From: a virus
DNA length: 64,000 bases
Virus record (IMG/VR): IMGVR_UViG_3300047319_000532
Direction: 5' to 3' (one strand)
This document shows positions 23,893 to 33,390 of this stretch, one piece after another. Position numbers and translations under genes: made by a program. Numbering within the stretch: position 1 is the stretch's first letter; every line of letters begins with the position of its first letter. Below the pieces are notes generated by a model, which did not search any database, was not told the origin of the DNA, and saw only the letters and a program-made list of their open reading frames with translations.

Positions 23893-26400
23893 ATGCCGCT
23901 TGTGCCGGGACTGTCACCCTCTATCCGCGTCACCAACGAGGGAGTGCCCGGCGCGATCGCCCCCGGCCTCTCAATCAGGCACGACAACGAGAATTACGAA
24001 GGCGCGCCAGAAGTCGATAAATCCGGCGCGGTCATCAAGATCGAGCATGCCGATGGATCGGTCACTGTCTCCCTCGACGGCAACCCGCTGATCGGCGCGC
24101 CGGAAGACGAGAACGCAGGCTGGTTCGACAACCTAGCCGACAAGATCGAAGACAACGAGCTGGCGCGCATCGCCGACGACCTGCTGCGCGGCGTCGATGA
24201 CGACCTGCAGAGCCGCAGCGACTGGATCGAGGAGCGCGCCCAAGGCATCAAGCTGCTCGGGTTCAAGATCGAGCTGCCCAACGTGTCCGGCTCGACCGAC
24301 GGCGCTCCGGTCGAAGGCATGTCCAAGGTGCGGCACCCGCTGCTGCAGGAGGCCGTGCTGCGTTTTCAGGCCAACGCCCGCTCGGAAATGCTGCCGACCG
24401 ACGGCCCGGTCAAGATCCGCGACGACGGCAATCAGGGCAATATCCAGCAAGACACGGTGGCCAATGCGCTCCAGAAAGACCTCAACCACTATCTTACGGT
24501 CACCGCCACTGAATATTATCCCGACACGGATAAGATGTTTCTGCTGCTTGGATTCGGCGGCACCTCGTTCAAGAAAGTTTATAATTGTCCGCTACGAAAT
24601 CGGCCCGTGTCTGAATCGGTTGACGCCAACGACCTCATCGTCAACGACGCCGCCACCGACCTAGCCAACGCCAAGCGCGTCACCCATCGCATCCAGATGA
24701 AGCCGTCCACCGTCAAGCGCATGCAGATCATCGGCGCTTACCGCGACATCGATCTGGCGACGCCGCTCGAGCCCAAGACCGACGCGGCCAAGGAGGCGGC
24801 CAACAACCAGCAGGGCATCACGCCCAGCTCGATGCGCCCGGATGACCGCAACCGGGAAATCTACGAGTGCTATTGCGAGCTGGACATCAAGGGCTACGAA
24901 CACAAGCACAAGGGCAAAGTGTCCGGCCTCGAGGTGCCCTATTGCGTCACCATCGACGTGTCGTCGAAGCAAGTGCTGTCGGTCACCCGCAATTTTGACG
25001 AAGAGACGCGAAAATTGCCGGTCGCGCGCGAGAATTTCGTCAAATACACCTATGTGCCCGGGCTGGGCTTCTACGACCTCGGCCTGCTGCACATCCTTGG
25101 CAACACCACCAACGCAACGACGGCTGCATGGAGAGAAATGCTCGATGCTGGCATGTTCGCCAGTTTCCCCGGCTTCCTGATGGCAGACACGGGGGCTCGC
25201 CAGAACACCAATATCTTCCGCGTGCCGCCGGGCGGTGGCGCGTTGGTAAAGACCGGCGGGCTACCCATAAATCAGGCCATCATGCCCTTGCCTTACCAGC
25301 CGCCGAGCCCGGCGCTGATGCAGCTGATCGACAACATGGTGCAGACTGGCCAGCGTGTTGGCGGCACCGCCGAGATGCCGGTCGGCGAGGGCAAGGCCGA
25401 CATCCCGGTCGGCACTATCCTCGCCCTGATCGAGCAGGCGACCAAGGTGCTGAACGCGGTCCACAAGCGCATGCACGCCGCGCAGGCGCAAGAATTTCGC
25501 CTGATGGTCCGCTGTTTCAAGGAAAACCCCAAGGCGTTCTGGCGCGCCAACAAAAAGCCAGCCACGCAATGGGACGAGCAGACTTTCCTCGCCGCGCTCA
25601 ACAACAACGAGCTGACGCCGCAGGCCGACCCCAACACCTCGAGCTACGCCCAGCGCATCATGAAGATCATGGCGCTCAAGCAGCTGCAGCAGCAGAGCCC
25701 CGGGCTCTATGACCCGATCGCGATCGACACCGCGGCGGTGTCGGCGCTCGGCTTCACCAATCCGCAACAGTTCATGGCACCTCCGCAGGCGCAGGCCGCG
25801 CCGCCGCCCGAGCTGCTCAAGCAGCAGGCCGAGACGCAGGCCAAGCAGACGCAGGCGCAGGCCCAGATGATCAAGGCGCAGGCCGACGCCAAGGTGGCCG
25901 ACGCCAAGAGCCAGAGCCTGCTGGCGGAGGCGCAGGGGCAAGGGCTCGCCGGTGGCGGGCAGGTGGACACCGAAGTCGATCGCCACATGGCCGAAACCAA
26001 GCGCATGGAGGCCGAGACCGGCCAGACGGTCGCCGAACACAACATGACGATCGCGCAAGCCAAGGCGCAGGCCGAATTGCAGAACGCTGGGACGCGCGCC
26101 AAGGAGCTGCAGCTGAAGGTGGCGGGCACGCATATGGACGACGCCCACCACCAAGAGGAGCTGCAGGCCAAAGCCAAGGAAAACGCCGTCAATCTGGCCA
26201 AAGAAGTGCTGCAGACCAAGGCGGAAGACCACCGCACCATGGCGATCGAGGGCGCGGCCCACCAGCACGAGCGCGGCATGCAGGCTGAAGCCCACGCCCA
26301 CGAGCACGCGCTGGCCGACAAGGACAAGGAAAAGGCGATCGCGGTCGCCAGAGCCCGGCCAAAGCCTGCCGCCGCCAAGCCGAAAGGCAAAAAGCCATGA
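23893..26400 (+). CDS. portal protein with long Gln/Ala/Lys-rich C-terminal helix
   Basis: ATG 23893 inside track ORF 23722..26400, 835 aa. Assigned by position after TerL, size, and a C-terminal ~200-aa coiled helical region reminiscent of a P22-type portal barrel. Confidence 0.75.
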   Translation: MPLVPGLSPSIRVTNEGVPGAIAPGLSIRHDNENYEGAPEVDKSGAVIKIEHADGSVTVSLDGNPLIGAPEDENAGWFDNLADKIEDNELARIADDLLRGVDDDLQSRSDWIEERAQGIKLLGFKIELPNVSGSTDGAPVEGMSKVRHPLLQEAVLRFQANARSEMLPTDGPVKIRDDGNQGNIQQDTVANALQKDLNHYLTVTATEYYPDTDKMFLLLGFGGTSFKKVYNCPLRNRPVSESVDANDLIVNDAATDLANAKRVTHRIQMKPSTVKRMQIIGAYRDIDLATPLEPKTDAAKEAANNQQGITPSSMRPDDRNREIYECYCELDIKGYEHKHKGKVSGLEVPYCVTIDVSSKQVLSVTRNFDEETRKLPVARENFVKYTYVPGLGFYDLGLLHILGNTTNATTAAWREMLDAGMFASFPGFLMADTGARQNTNIFRVPPGGGALVKTGGLPINQAIMPLPYQPPSPALMQLIDNMVQTGQRVGGTAEMPVGEGKADIPVGTILALIEQATKVLNAVHKRMHAAQAQEFRLMVRCFKENPKAFWRANKKPATQWDEQTFLAALNNNELTPQADPNTSSYAQRIMKIMALKQLQQQSPGLYDPIAIDTAAVSALGFTNPQQFMAPPQAQAAPPPELLKQQAETQAKQTQAQAQMIKAQADAKVADAKSQSLLAEAQGQGLAGGGQVDTEVDRHMAETKRMEAETGQTVAEHNMTIAQAKAQAELQNAGTRAKELQLKVAGTHMDDAHHQEELQAKAKENAVNLAKEVLQTKAEDHRTMAIEGAAHQHERGMQAEAHAHEHALADKDKEKAIAVARARPKPAAAKPKGKKP

Positions 26401-29400
26401 ACAGGGCCATCCGCTCGGCGCTGCTGACGGCGCACAACCTCTACAAGCACATCCCGCATGTCGTCGGCGGCGGCGCGCCGATGCACAATGGCGGCATACC
26501 GGAAGGCTACGCCGACGGCGGCGCGGTCGATCCGACCATGCCGGAGCCGGAGAAGACGGTCAAAGCCTACAAGCTGTTCCGGCACAAGAACGGCAAGCTG
26601 TTCCCGCTCTACGTCAACGCCAACCAAGAGGTACCGATCGGCAAGTGGCTGAGCGCCGAAGCCGGTCCCCCGGGCAAGGACAAAGGCAAGGTTAAAAGCA
26701 AGCTCGGCGATCTGGCCTACCGGCCCGGCTGGCACTCTGGCGACATGCCGGTGGCCACGCACATCGGATCCAAAAGCCAGAAGGGGCTCACAGCGCCCGA
26801 CACGCGCCCGCCCGAGCATGTCTGGGCGGAAGTCGAGCACCCGGCAGACGTCGATTGGCAGAGCGTCGCCCACAATCGGGCTCAGATTATGAAAAGCGGC
26901 CTGCCCAATCTGGCCACCGCGCACATTACTGATCAGGTGCCGCACGGCGGCCACTATCGCTACAAGACCAACCCCAACATGACCGGCAACTGGATTATCA
27001 GCGGCGGCATGAAGGTCAATCGCGTGCTGCCGCACGAGGAAGTGCAGGCGCTTAACCAGCAGCATGGCGTCTATGACCTGCCGCGGCGCGAGCCTCAAAG
27101 CTTTGAACCCGATGAACGCCCCGGGCGTGACGTCGGCGGCCAGCTGACTGCGCCGCCGCCAGCTCCCGCTAAGCCGCCGATCGATCTATCCCGCTATCAG
27201 GATGCGCCGACCCAGAAGCTGCAGGATATGCCATGGCGGCCACTGGCCGACGTCCACGCCGATCTGGGCCACATGAGCGAAATTCCGTCGCATGTGCAGC
27301 ATTTTGGCCGCTTCATGGACGAGTCTGCCGAGAAGGCCGCCACCAAGGGCCTGACGCCGCGCGACCTGCTCAAGGCTTACGCCATCACACGCGCCTCGAT
27401 CGGTCGCGGCGCGCTGCCGCGCAAGACGCTCGAGGCCAATGGCTGGCAAGTGCCCGAAGGCGTGGACTCGCTCCGCCCCGAAGGAGCCATGGGCGAGTGG
27501 CTGCATACGCCAATGGGGCAGGAATACTTGCACCACGCCGAGCGTGGGCGCGTGCACGAGGGCGCGATCGCCGACGCCGTGCGCAAATTCAGGCCATTCG
27601 GCAAGCAAAACGACACCGAAGGCAAGGCGCTGGCGTGGGCCGCGCATAACCTGCCCGGCATGGAAGGCCACGTCTCCAAGATGGTGCAGGCGTCGCGCCA
27701 CAAAGACGCCAACCCTACCCTGTGGCGGCACTTCATCAAGACGGTCCCGGGCGTCAACATCGCCAAGGCGGGCTTTCTGGGCTCGATGCTGGGTATGGGC
27801 AACCAGCCGACGCTCGATGCGCGCCAGCTCATCCTCAACACCGGCAGGCCAACCAGCGAGGCGGCCAAGCCGATGTCGCGCGTAGGCGGCGCAGAGGAGG
27901 CGGTCGATCGTCTGGCTGCACGCCAGAAGGCGCTGCAGCTCGGCATACCGGAAGATTTGGAGCCTTATTACCAGCACCTTGCCCATCATGCGATCTGGGA
28001 CAAGTCGGCAGGCGAACAAACGACGCACGCCGACCTGATGCACGCCATGCGCTACGCAGCCAAGGGCGGCAGCATCATCAAAACCTCGGGCGGGACGTGG
28101 CCTGATCTAGGCAGTCATGAACTTGCACGCTCCATGCACGCAGTTTTTGGAGGCGCAGGCGGTCTGGGAGGCTTGTGGAAGGGCGCGAGCGACCAAAATG
28201 TGCGCGAACAGCTGCTAAACACGCCGGATTACGCCAATCCAAACCCAGAATTGGTTAAAAAGGCGCTGGCGCTGGCTCAAAAGACCCATGGCGTCAACCA
28301 AACCTTCGATTCGAAGTCGGGAATGTCGTATTCCAACTTCAAAGGCGGCACCAGACCGATCAGTGATGTCACTTCGACAGTAGAACCGATCCCGGGCGTC
28401 ACGCCGAAGCCTGTAAAACAGCTGGATTGGCAGGATTTCATCCGAAAAAACAAGGGCGCGAGCCTAATTAACGTCGGCGGCGACCGTTCGCGGCTGGGAC
28501 GACTGACTCACATCAACGACAAGGCGTTAGGCTGGCCTGTGGACCTGCATGCGGGCCCGGATTACATGCGCGAGCCAAATAAAGGCGCGGTTTGGGCCAA
28601 TGCCCAGAGCAACGCCAGCGGTTTTGCCAACACGGTCAAGAAACTTGGCGAACACGGCAAAGTTTTTGGCGTTTACAAGCCAATGGGCCCGCAGAGCGTC
28701 GATTCATCCCGCCAGATGAGCGACGCCCTGATGTCGCAGATCGCCGCGCAGCCGCTGGATCCCAAAGTGGCGCAGGAATTGGACGCCGAACTGAAAAAAG
28801 GCGCGCATGAGCCAGACGCAGCGGCGCGTGCCAAGGCGGTGGCGTCGATGGAAAACTGGCCCGGCTTCAGCAACCCGCGCGAGGCGCGCGATCACCTGCT
28901 CAAATTGCCCGGGACCGCGCGCAGCTTGGTCGTCAAGCACCTAGACAAGGCCGGGTGGCATGCAAAAGGCGTCCCGCATATCGGGCACACGCGCGTTGCG
29001 CTGACGGATCCGGCGGCGCTGACGACCCCCGGCCACATGCTCGGGCACCGCATCGTCGAATTGACGGGCGGGCACCCGGAAGCCTCCGCGTTCGAGCACA
29101 ATACATATCCCGTGCCCACCGGCGGTAGGTATGTCGGCGACGTGCCCAACGTGCTGGCGCACTACGCCATGCCGGAAGTGCAGCGTGGCTTCGCGCTCAA
29201 GCATCATGCTGCAGGCATGACGCATCCGCTGTCTGAAGCAGCTGGAGCGCGGTCGAGTTTTATCAAAATGATGGGCGAGCAGAAGAATGTTCAGCCGATC
29301 AATGAGGAAATGGCGCAGGGCGTTGGGCACGCGCAGGAAGTGCAGCAGGGCTTGAAACAAGCTGGCGTGCCCGGCTACGCCGAAGGCGGCGTGGTCGATA

Positions 29401-30917
29401 AGGCGCTGGCCATGACTGCTCCCCGCGCCCTCACGCCATCCGGCCTCTACAGTCAGGCGGGCGACGCCGCGGCTGCGCTGCCGCAGGCCAAGGGCTCGCC
29501 GCAGCAGATGATCGCCAGCATGAAGGGCGTCAAGCCGGAGGAGCTGGCGCACGCCAACCCCATGGGCAAGTTCGGCGATCAAAAAAGCGTGACGCGCGAC
29601 CAGCTTGCCGGGCACATGCGCTTCAACCTGCCGCGGATCAACGAGACCACGCACAGCGACGACGACATCGACGAGGATGACGAGGGCGAGCGCGCAGGCG
29701 GCCCGAAATATGAGGAATACTCAATCCCCGGCGGCCAGAATTATCGCGAGTTGGTGATGCACACGCCCAAGACGCCGACGCCACCGGCGACGCCGGAGAT
29801 GCAGGCGGCGCTCAAGCACCAGAACGACACTTACTGGGCGGCTAATGGCTGGCACATGCGCAACCAGTATGCGCTCGACAAAGATAATCCCGAGAAGATG
29901 GCCGAATACAAGACCCTGCATGACGCCCAGACTGCGGCGCAGCGCCATTACAGCCAGCTGCAGCAGGAGCATGTCGCCAAGGCCAAAGCGAAAGACTATC
30001 ATTCCAGCCATTGGGATGAGCCCAATGTGCTGGCCCACCTGCGCATGTCCGATCGCAAGCTGCCCAATGGCGAGAAGGCGCTCCACCTCGAGGAGCTGCA
30101 GAGCGACTGGGGGCAGGGTGCGCGTGAGCATGGCGTGCGCGGCGCAGAGCCGGAGCCCGACTGGCAGAAGAACCTCGAGGAAATGCGCAGCCGCCGTGGC
30201 AAAGAGGGCTTTGCCGACCCGGCGGAAGAGGCGCGCTTTCAGAAGCTACACAAACATGAGTGGGCGGTGCCTGCCGGTCCACATATTGGCTCGACCAACG
30301 GCTGGACCGATCTGGGGCTCAAGAGGGCTTTGATCGAGGCGGCTCGAGGCGGTCACGATCGGCTGGCGTGGACGCCGGGCGAAGAGCATGCCGATCGCTA
30401 CGGGATGCAGAAGCACTTCAGCGAAATACGCTATGAGCCTAGCCGGAAGCATCTTTATGCTTTCCAGCATGCTGGCGCTGGCGCGTCGCCGCAGGAAGTC
30501 GAACCAGACCAGCTGCACCAGTATGTCGGTCGCGATCTGGCCAACCGGCTGCTGTCCACCGAACCGAAGAGCGGCGCGCATGTGCTCACCGGCGACGATC
30601 TGCGCGGCGGCGGCGAAGGCATGAAGGCGTATTACGACAAGCTGGTGCCGACCCGGCTCAAGGAGATTCTCAAAAAGTTGGGGCATGAGGCTGATTTTGA
30701 ACCAGTAACCATCAAACACCCTTCCAAACACGGCAAGCGCGGCGACGACGCCCAGACCACGCTGCACTCAGTCAAGCTGCCGAAAGAGTTGCGTGAGAAG
30801 ATCAAAAAGGGCCTGCCTGCGTTCAGCACCGGCGGCGATGTCGATATGGTGAACCGTGCTTTGCGTGTCACGGCCAAACCTGCCAAACTACACGCCCAAC
30901 GCGCTTTGGGGAGTTAG
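26397..30917 (+). CDS. giant (1506 aa) virion-module protein, function unknown
   Basis: ATGA overlap with the portal stop. Continuous ORF with no family I can name. See findings. Confidence 0.85.
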   Translation: MNRAIRSALLTAHNLYKHIPHVVGGGAPMHNGGIPEGYADGGAVDPTMPEPEKTVKAYKLFRHKNGKLFPLYVNANQEVPIGKWLSAEAGPPGKDKGKVKSKLGDLAYRPGWHSGDMPVATHIGSKSQKGLTAPDTRPPEHVWAEVEHPADVDWQSVAHNRAQIMKSGLPNLATAHITDQVPHGGHYRYKTNPNMTGNWIISGGMKVNRVLPHEEVQALNQQHGVYDLPRREPQSFEPDERPGRDVGGQLTAPPPAPAKPPIDLSRYQDAPTQKLQDMPWRPLADVHADLGHMSEIPSHVQHFGRFMDESAEKAATKGLTPRDLLKAYAITRASIGRGALPRKTLEANGWQVPEGVDSLRPEGAMGEWLHTPMGQEYLHHAERGRVHEGAIADAVRKFRPFGKQNDTEGKALAWAAHNLPGMEGHVSKMVQASRHKDANPTLWRHFIKTVPGVNIAKAGFLGSMLGMGNQPTLDARQLILNTGRPTSEAAKPMSRVGGAEEAVDRLAARQKALQLGIPEDLEPYYQHLAHHAIWDKSAGEQTTHADLMHAMRYAAKGGSIIKTSGGTWPDLGSHELARSMHAVFGGAGGLGGLWKGASDQNVREQLLNTPDYANPNPELVKKALALAQKTHGVNQTFDSKSGMSYSNFKGGTRPISDVTSTVEPIPGVTPKPVKQLDWQDFIRKNKGASLINVGGDRSRLGRLTHINDKALGWPVDLHAGPDYMREPNKGAVWANAQSNASGFANTVKKLGEHGKVFGVYKPMGPQSVDSSRQMSDALMSQIAAQPLDPKVAQELDAELKKGAHEPDAAARAKAVASMENWPGFSNPREARDHLLKLPGTARSLVVKHLDKAGWHAKGVPHIGHTRVALTDPAALTTPGHMLGHRIVELTGGHPEASAFEHNTYPVPTGGRYVGDVPNVLAHYAMPEVQRGFALKHHAAGMTHPLSEAAGARSSFIKMMGEQKNVQPINEEMAQGVGHAQEVQQGLKQAGVPGYAEGGVVDKALAMTAPRALTPSGLYSQAGDAAAALPQAKGSPQQMIASMKGVKPEELAHANPMGKFGDQKSVTRDQLAGHMRFNLPRINETTHSDDDIDEDDEGERAGGPKYEEYSIPGGQNYRELVMHTPKTPTPPATPEMQAALKHQNDTYWAANGWHMRNQYALDKDNPEKMAEYKTLHDAQTAAQRHYSQLQQEHVAKAKAKDYHSSHWDEPNVLAHLRMSDRKLPNGEKALHLEELQSDWGQGAREHGVRGAEPEPDWQKNLEEMRSRRGKEGFADPAEEARFQKLHKHEWAVPAGPHIGSTNGWTDLGLKRALIEAARGGHDRLAWTPGEEHADRYGMQKHFSEIRYEPSRKHLYAFQHAGAGASPQEVEPDQLHQYVGRDLANRLLSTEPKSGAHVLTGDDLRGGGEGMKAYYDKLVPTRLKEILKKLGHEADFEPVTIKHPSKHGKRGDDAQTTLHSVKLPKELREKIKKGLPAFSTGGDVDMVNRALRVTAKPAKLHAQRALGS

Positions 30918-30921
30918 GATC

Positions 30922-31176
30922 ATGTGCTTTTCACTCGCTTGGCTGCAACAGCTGCTGATCTGGATCGTGATCGTCGGCGCAATCGTCGCCATCCTGCAGC
31001 TGTTCGTGCCGTGGGTGGTGGCCAATGCTGGCATTTTTGGTGATGCGGTGAACATCATCCTGCAGATCATCAAGATCGTCGTATGGGCGATCGTGGTCAT
31101 TTTTGTCATTTACGTCGCGTTCGATCTGATCAGCTGCCTGCTGTCGTCAGGCTCTCTCAAGTTGCCGCGGTCGTAA
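30922..31176 (+). CDS. polytopic small membrane protein (84 aa)
   Basis: ATG 30922 inside track ORF 30856..31176. Almost entirely hydrophobic (LLIWIVIVGAIVAIL..., IIKIVVWAIVVIFVIYVAF). Confidence 0.65.
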   Translation: MCFSLAWLQQLLIWIVIVGAIVAILQLFVPWVVANAGIFGDAVNIILQIIKIVVWAIVVIFVIYVAFDLISCLLSSGSLKLPRS

Positions 31177-31219
31177 CTTCCCGGCCCCCGGGGGCCAAAC
31201 ACCCGAGAGGACTAAAACC

Positions 31220-32377
31220 ATGTCCGCACAAGCAAAACAATACCGCGCAGCGATGAAGGCTAAAGCCCAAAGGCTGGGAGGCAATATGTCAGCTGGCAAG
31301 GTTGACGCCAGCTCATTCGGGCCTGTCGAGGGCTCGGATCCGCTCAACGCCGACATCAAGGCTGGCCTGCGCCCGGTCGCCCCACGCGCCTATCAGCGCG
31401 GCGGCGCGGTGACCGGCGAGGAGCACCATGCCCACGGTGGCCGCGTTGGCCGCAAGAGCGGCGGAGGCATGCCGAGAAAGATCGCCGATGAAATCGCCAT
31501 GAACGATGTGGTGGACGCCAACAAGTCGATCTATGGCAGCAAGCACGTCGGCGGCCTGAAGCGCGGCGGAAAGGCTGGCGGCGGCCCGCTGGGCGGCTTC
31601 AACGCCATCACCAGCCCGCAACAGGCTGCGGCGGCTGGGCAGGCCACGCAGAACGTCGCAGGCGTCGCTCCGCAGCGCATGCAGTTCGGTCAGGGCGCAC
31701 CCGGTTTGCTGCACGTCAAGAAGGGCGGCGCGGTAAAACGTGATGCGGGCGGATCCACCAAAGACAACGCTGATGTTGTGTTGCCGAAGAAGGGCGACGA
31801 TGGCTCGAGCGGCCCCGGACGTCTGCATGGGTACGCCGAAGACAACAGCGGCGGCGAGACCCCGAAAAAGCGCGGCGGCAAGGTCGAGCATCCATACAAG
31901 GCGGAAGACAAAGCTTGCGCCAAGAAACTGGCGCGGCACCACCGCGCTGCAGGCGGGGGAGAAGATCCCGACGAGGCGGAAGACAAGGCCGATCAGGCTG
32001 AGCAGGCTGAAAAGAAGTGCAGCGGCGGCTCGATGCGCGCCGCGCGCGCCCATGGCGGCAAGACTGGCAAGGGCAGGACCAATATCAACATCATCATCGG
32101 GGCGCACGCGCCCGGCGGTGAACAGCAGCAGCCTCCGGGCGGGCCTCCGGCTCCGCCGCCGCCGCGTCCGATTCCGGTGCCGCCTCCGGCAATGCCGGGC
32201 GGGCCGCCTCCGGGCGCAGGCGGGCCGCCTCCGATGGGCGGGCCGCCTCCGATGCCCATGCCTCCGCCGGGTGGCATGCCGCGCGCTTCCGGCGGGCGGG
32301 CTTATCCGATCCAGCATGCTGCAGGCGGCGGCAAGGGCCGCCTCGAGAAGATCAAAGCCTATGGAGAGAAACCATGA
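31220..32377 (+). CDS. very basic Gly-rich protein with repeated x-G-G-[K/R] motifs and a C-terminal poly-proline tract
   Basis: 385 aa, RBS gagaggactaaaaccATG. Motifs QRGGAV, AHGGRV, KRGGKA, KKGGAV, KRGGKV, AHGGKT, ASGGRA. PPGGPPAPPPPRPIPVPPPAMPGGPPPGAGGPPPMGGPPPMPMPPPGGMP. Confidence 0.7.
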   Translation: MSAQAKQYRAAMKAKAQRLGGNMSAGKVDASSFGPVEGSDPLNADIKAGLRPVAPRAYQRGGAVTGEEHHAHGGRVGRKSGGGMPRKIADEIAMNDVVDANKSIYGSKHVGGLKRGGKAGGGPLGGFNAITSPQQAAAAGQATQNVAGVAPQRMQFGQGAPGLLHVKKGGAVKRDAGGSTKDNADVVLPKKGDDGSSGPGRLHGYAEDNSGGETPKKRGGKVEHPYKAEDKACAKKLARHHRAAGGGEDPDEAEDKADQAEQAEKKCSGGSMRAARAHGGKTGKGRTNINIIIGAHAPGGEQQQPPGGPPAPPPPRPIPVPPPAMPGGPPPGAGGPPPMGGPPPMPMPPPGGMPRASGGRAYPIQHAAGGGKGRLEKIKAYGEKP

Positions 32378-32649
32378 GCTTCGAAAAAAGTGCAGCCAAC
32401 CATGCAATGGCCGTTGCTCTGGGGCTTCTGATCCTGCTGTTCGCTTTTGCAGGCTTCATCATTTCCGCCCGTTCCCAGCAGATCGAAATCGGACCGGGCG
32501 GCGTCCACGTGAATCCGCTGCCGGACTATGGTCGTCATCGCAGCTGGGGCCGCACATGCGAGGAGCTTCGTCTCGCATGCGAATACAAGTCGGAGCGCGG
32601 TGAGGAGGGCATGGGAAATTGCCGTCGCTACCGTGAAACATGCCAGTAA
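32374..32649 (+). CDS. signal-anchored small Cys-containing protein
   Basis: 91 aa, ATGA overlap. TM segment AVALGLLILLFAFAGFII, then a C-terminal CEELRLACEY...GNCRRYRETC. Confidence 0.6.
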   Translation: MSFEKSAANHAMAVALGLLILLFAFAGFIISARSQQIEIGPGGVHVNPLPDYGRHRSWGRTCEELRLACEYKSERGEEGMGNCRRYRETCQ

Positions 32650-32665
32650 TGAAACAGGGAGATGA

Positions 32666-33379
32666 ATGATGGTTTTGCGTCATGTTGTAATTCGCGGAGT
32701 GGCTGATATTGGCGACGTAGTCGGTCCCGGCTGGAGTCCAGTTGACCCCGGTTTCGGCCAGCCCGGCTGGCGTCCGGTTGATCCGGGCTTTGGCGCTGGC
32801 GCGCCGCCGGTGGATCCGGGCTTTGATCGCCCCACACATCCGCATCCCGATCAGGGCTTGCCCGGTTACGGCCATCCCGATCATGACCTGCCCGGCAGGC
32901 CGCCTCATCCTTCGCATGGCCTCCCCGGTTACGGCCATCCCGATCAGGGCTTGCCCGGCTACGGCCATCCCGACAACAGCCTGCCCGGCCTTCCGGTCTA
33001 CCCTTCGCAGGGTCCGATCCTTCCGGCACCTCCCGGCCATCCGATCCCCACGCCGCGCGTGCCGGTGGTGCAGGTCATCCAGCTGCCGATCGACGAGACG
33101 CTTCCGACTGAGCCCCCGCACCGGCCCGGCAGGATCTGCATCGTGGTCGATGGCGAAACCAAGGCGGTTGGCTGGCTGCAGGGTTCAGACGACCTTCCGG
33201 TCGCCGCGCCCAAGAGTGAAGCGCCGGTTGTCGGCGGCCACTGGGTTCCGGTCGAAGTCTATCCGCAGGCGGCACCCAAAAAGTGCAGCGACGGCAGCGA
33301 GGGCGTAGGCAAGACCGGCTTTGCGTGGGTGTTCGAAATCGACAAGGACTGGGGCGCGAAGCCGACGCCGACGGCGTAA
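32666..33379 (+). CDS. Pro/Gly/His-rich repeat protein
   Basis: 237 aa. PVDPGFG x3 and GLPGYGHPD x3 repeats, then a globular C-terminal half. Confidence 0.65.
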   Translation: MMVLRHVVIRGVADIGDVVGPGWSPVDPGFGQPGWRPVDPGFGAGAPPVDPGFDRPTHPHPDQGLPGYGHPDHDLPGRPPHPSHGLPGYGHPDQGLPGYGHPDNSLPGLPVYPSQGPILPAPPGHPIPTPRVPVVQVIQLPIDETLPTEPPHRPGRICIVVDGETKAVGWLQGSDDLPVAAPKSEAPVVGGHWVPVEVYPQAAPKKCSDGSEGVGKTGFAWVFEIDKDWGAKPTPTA

Positions 33380-33390
33380 AGACAAAATAA

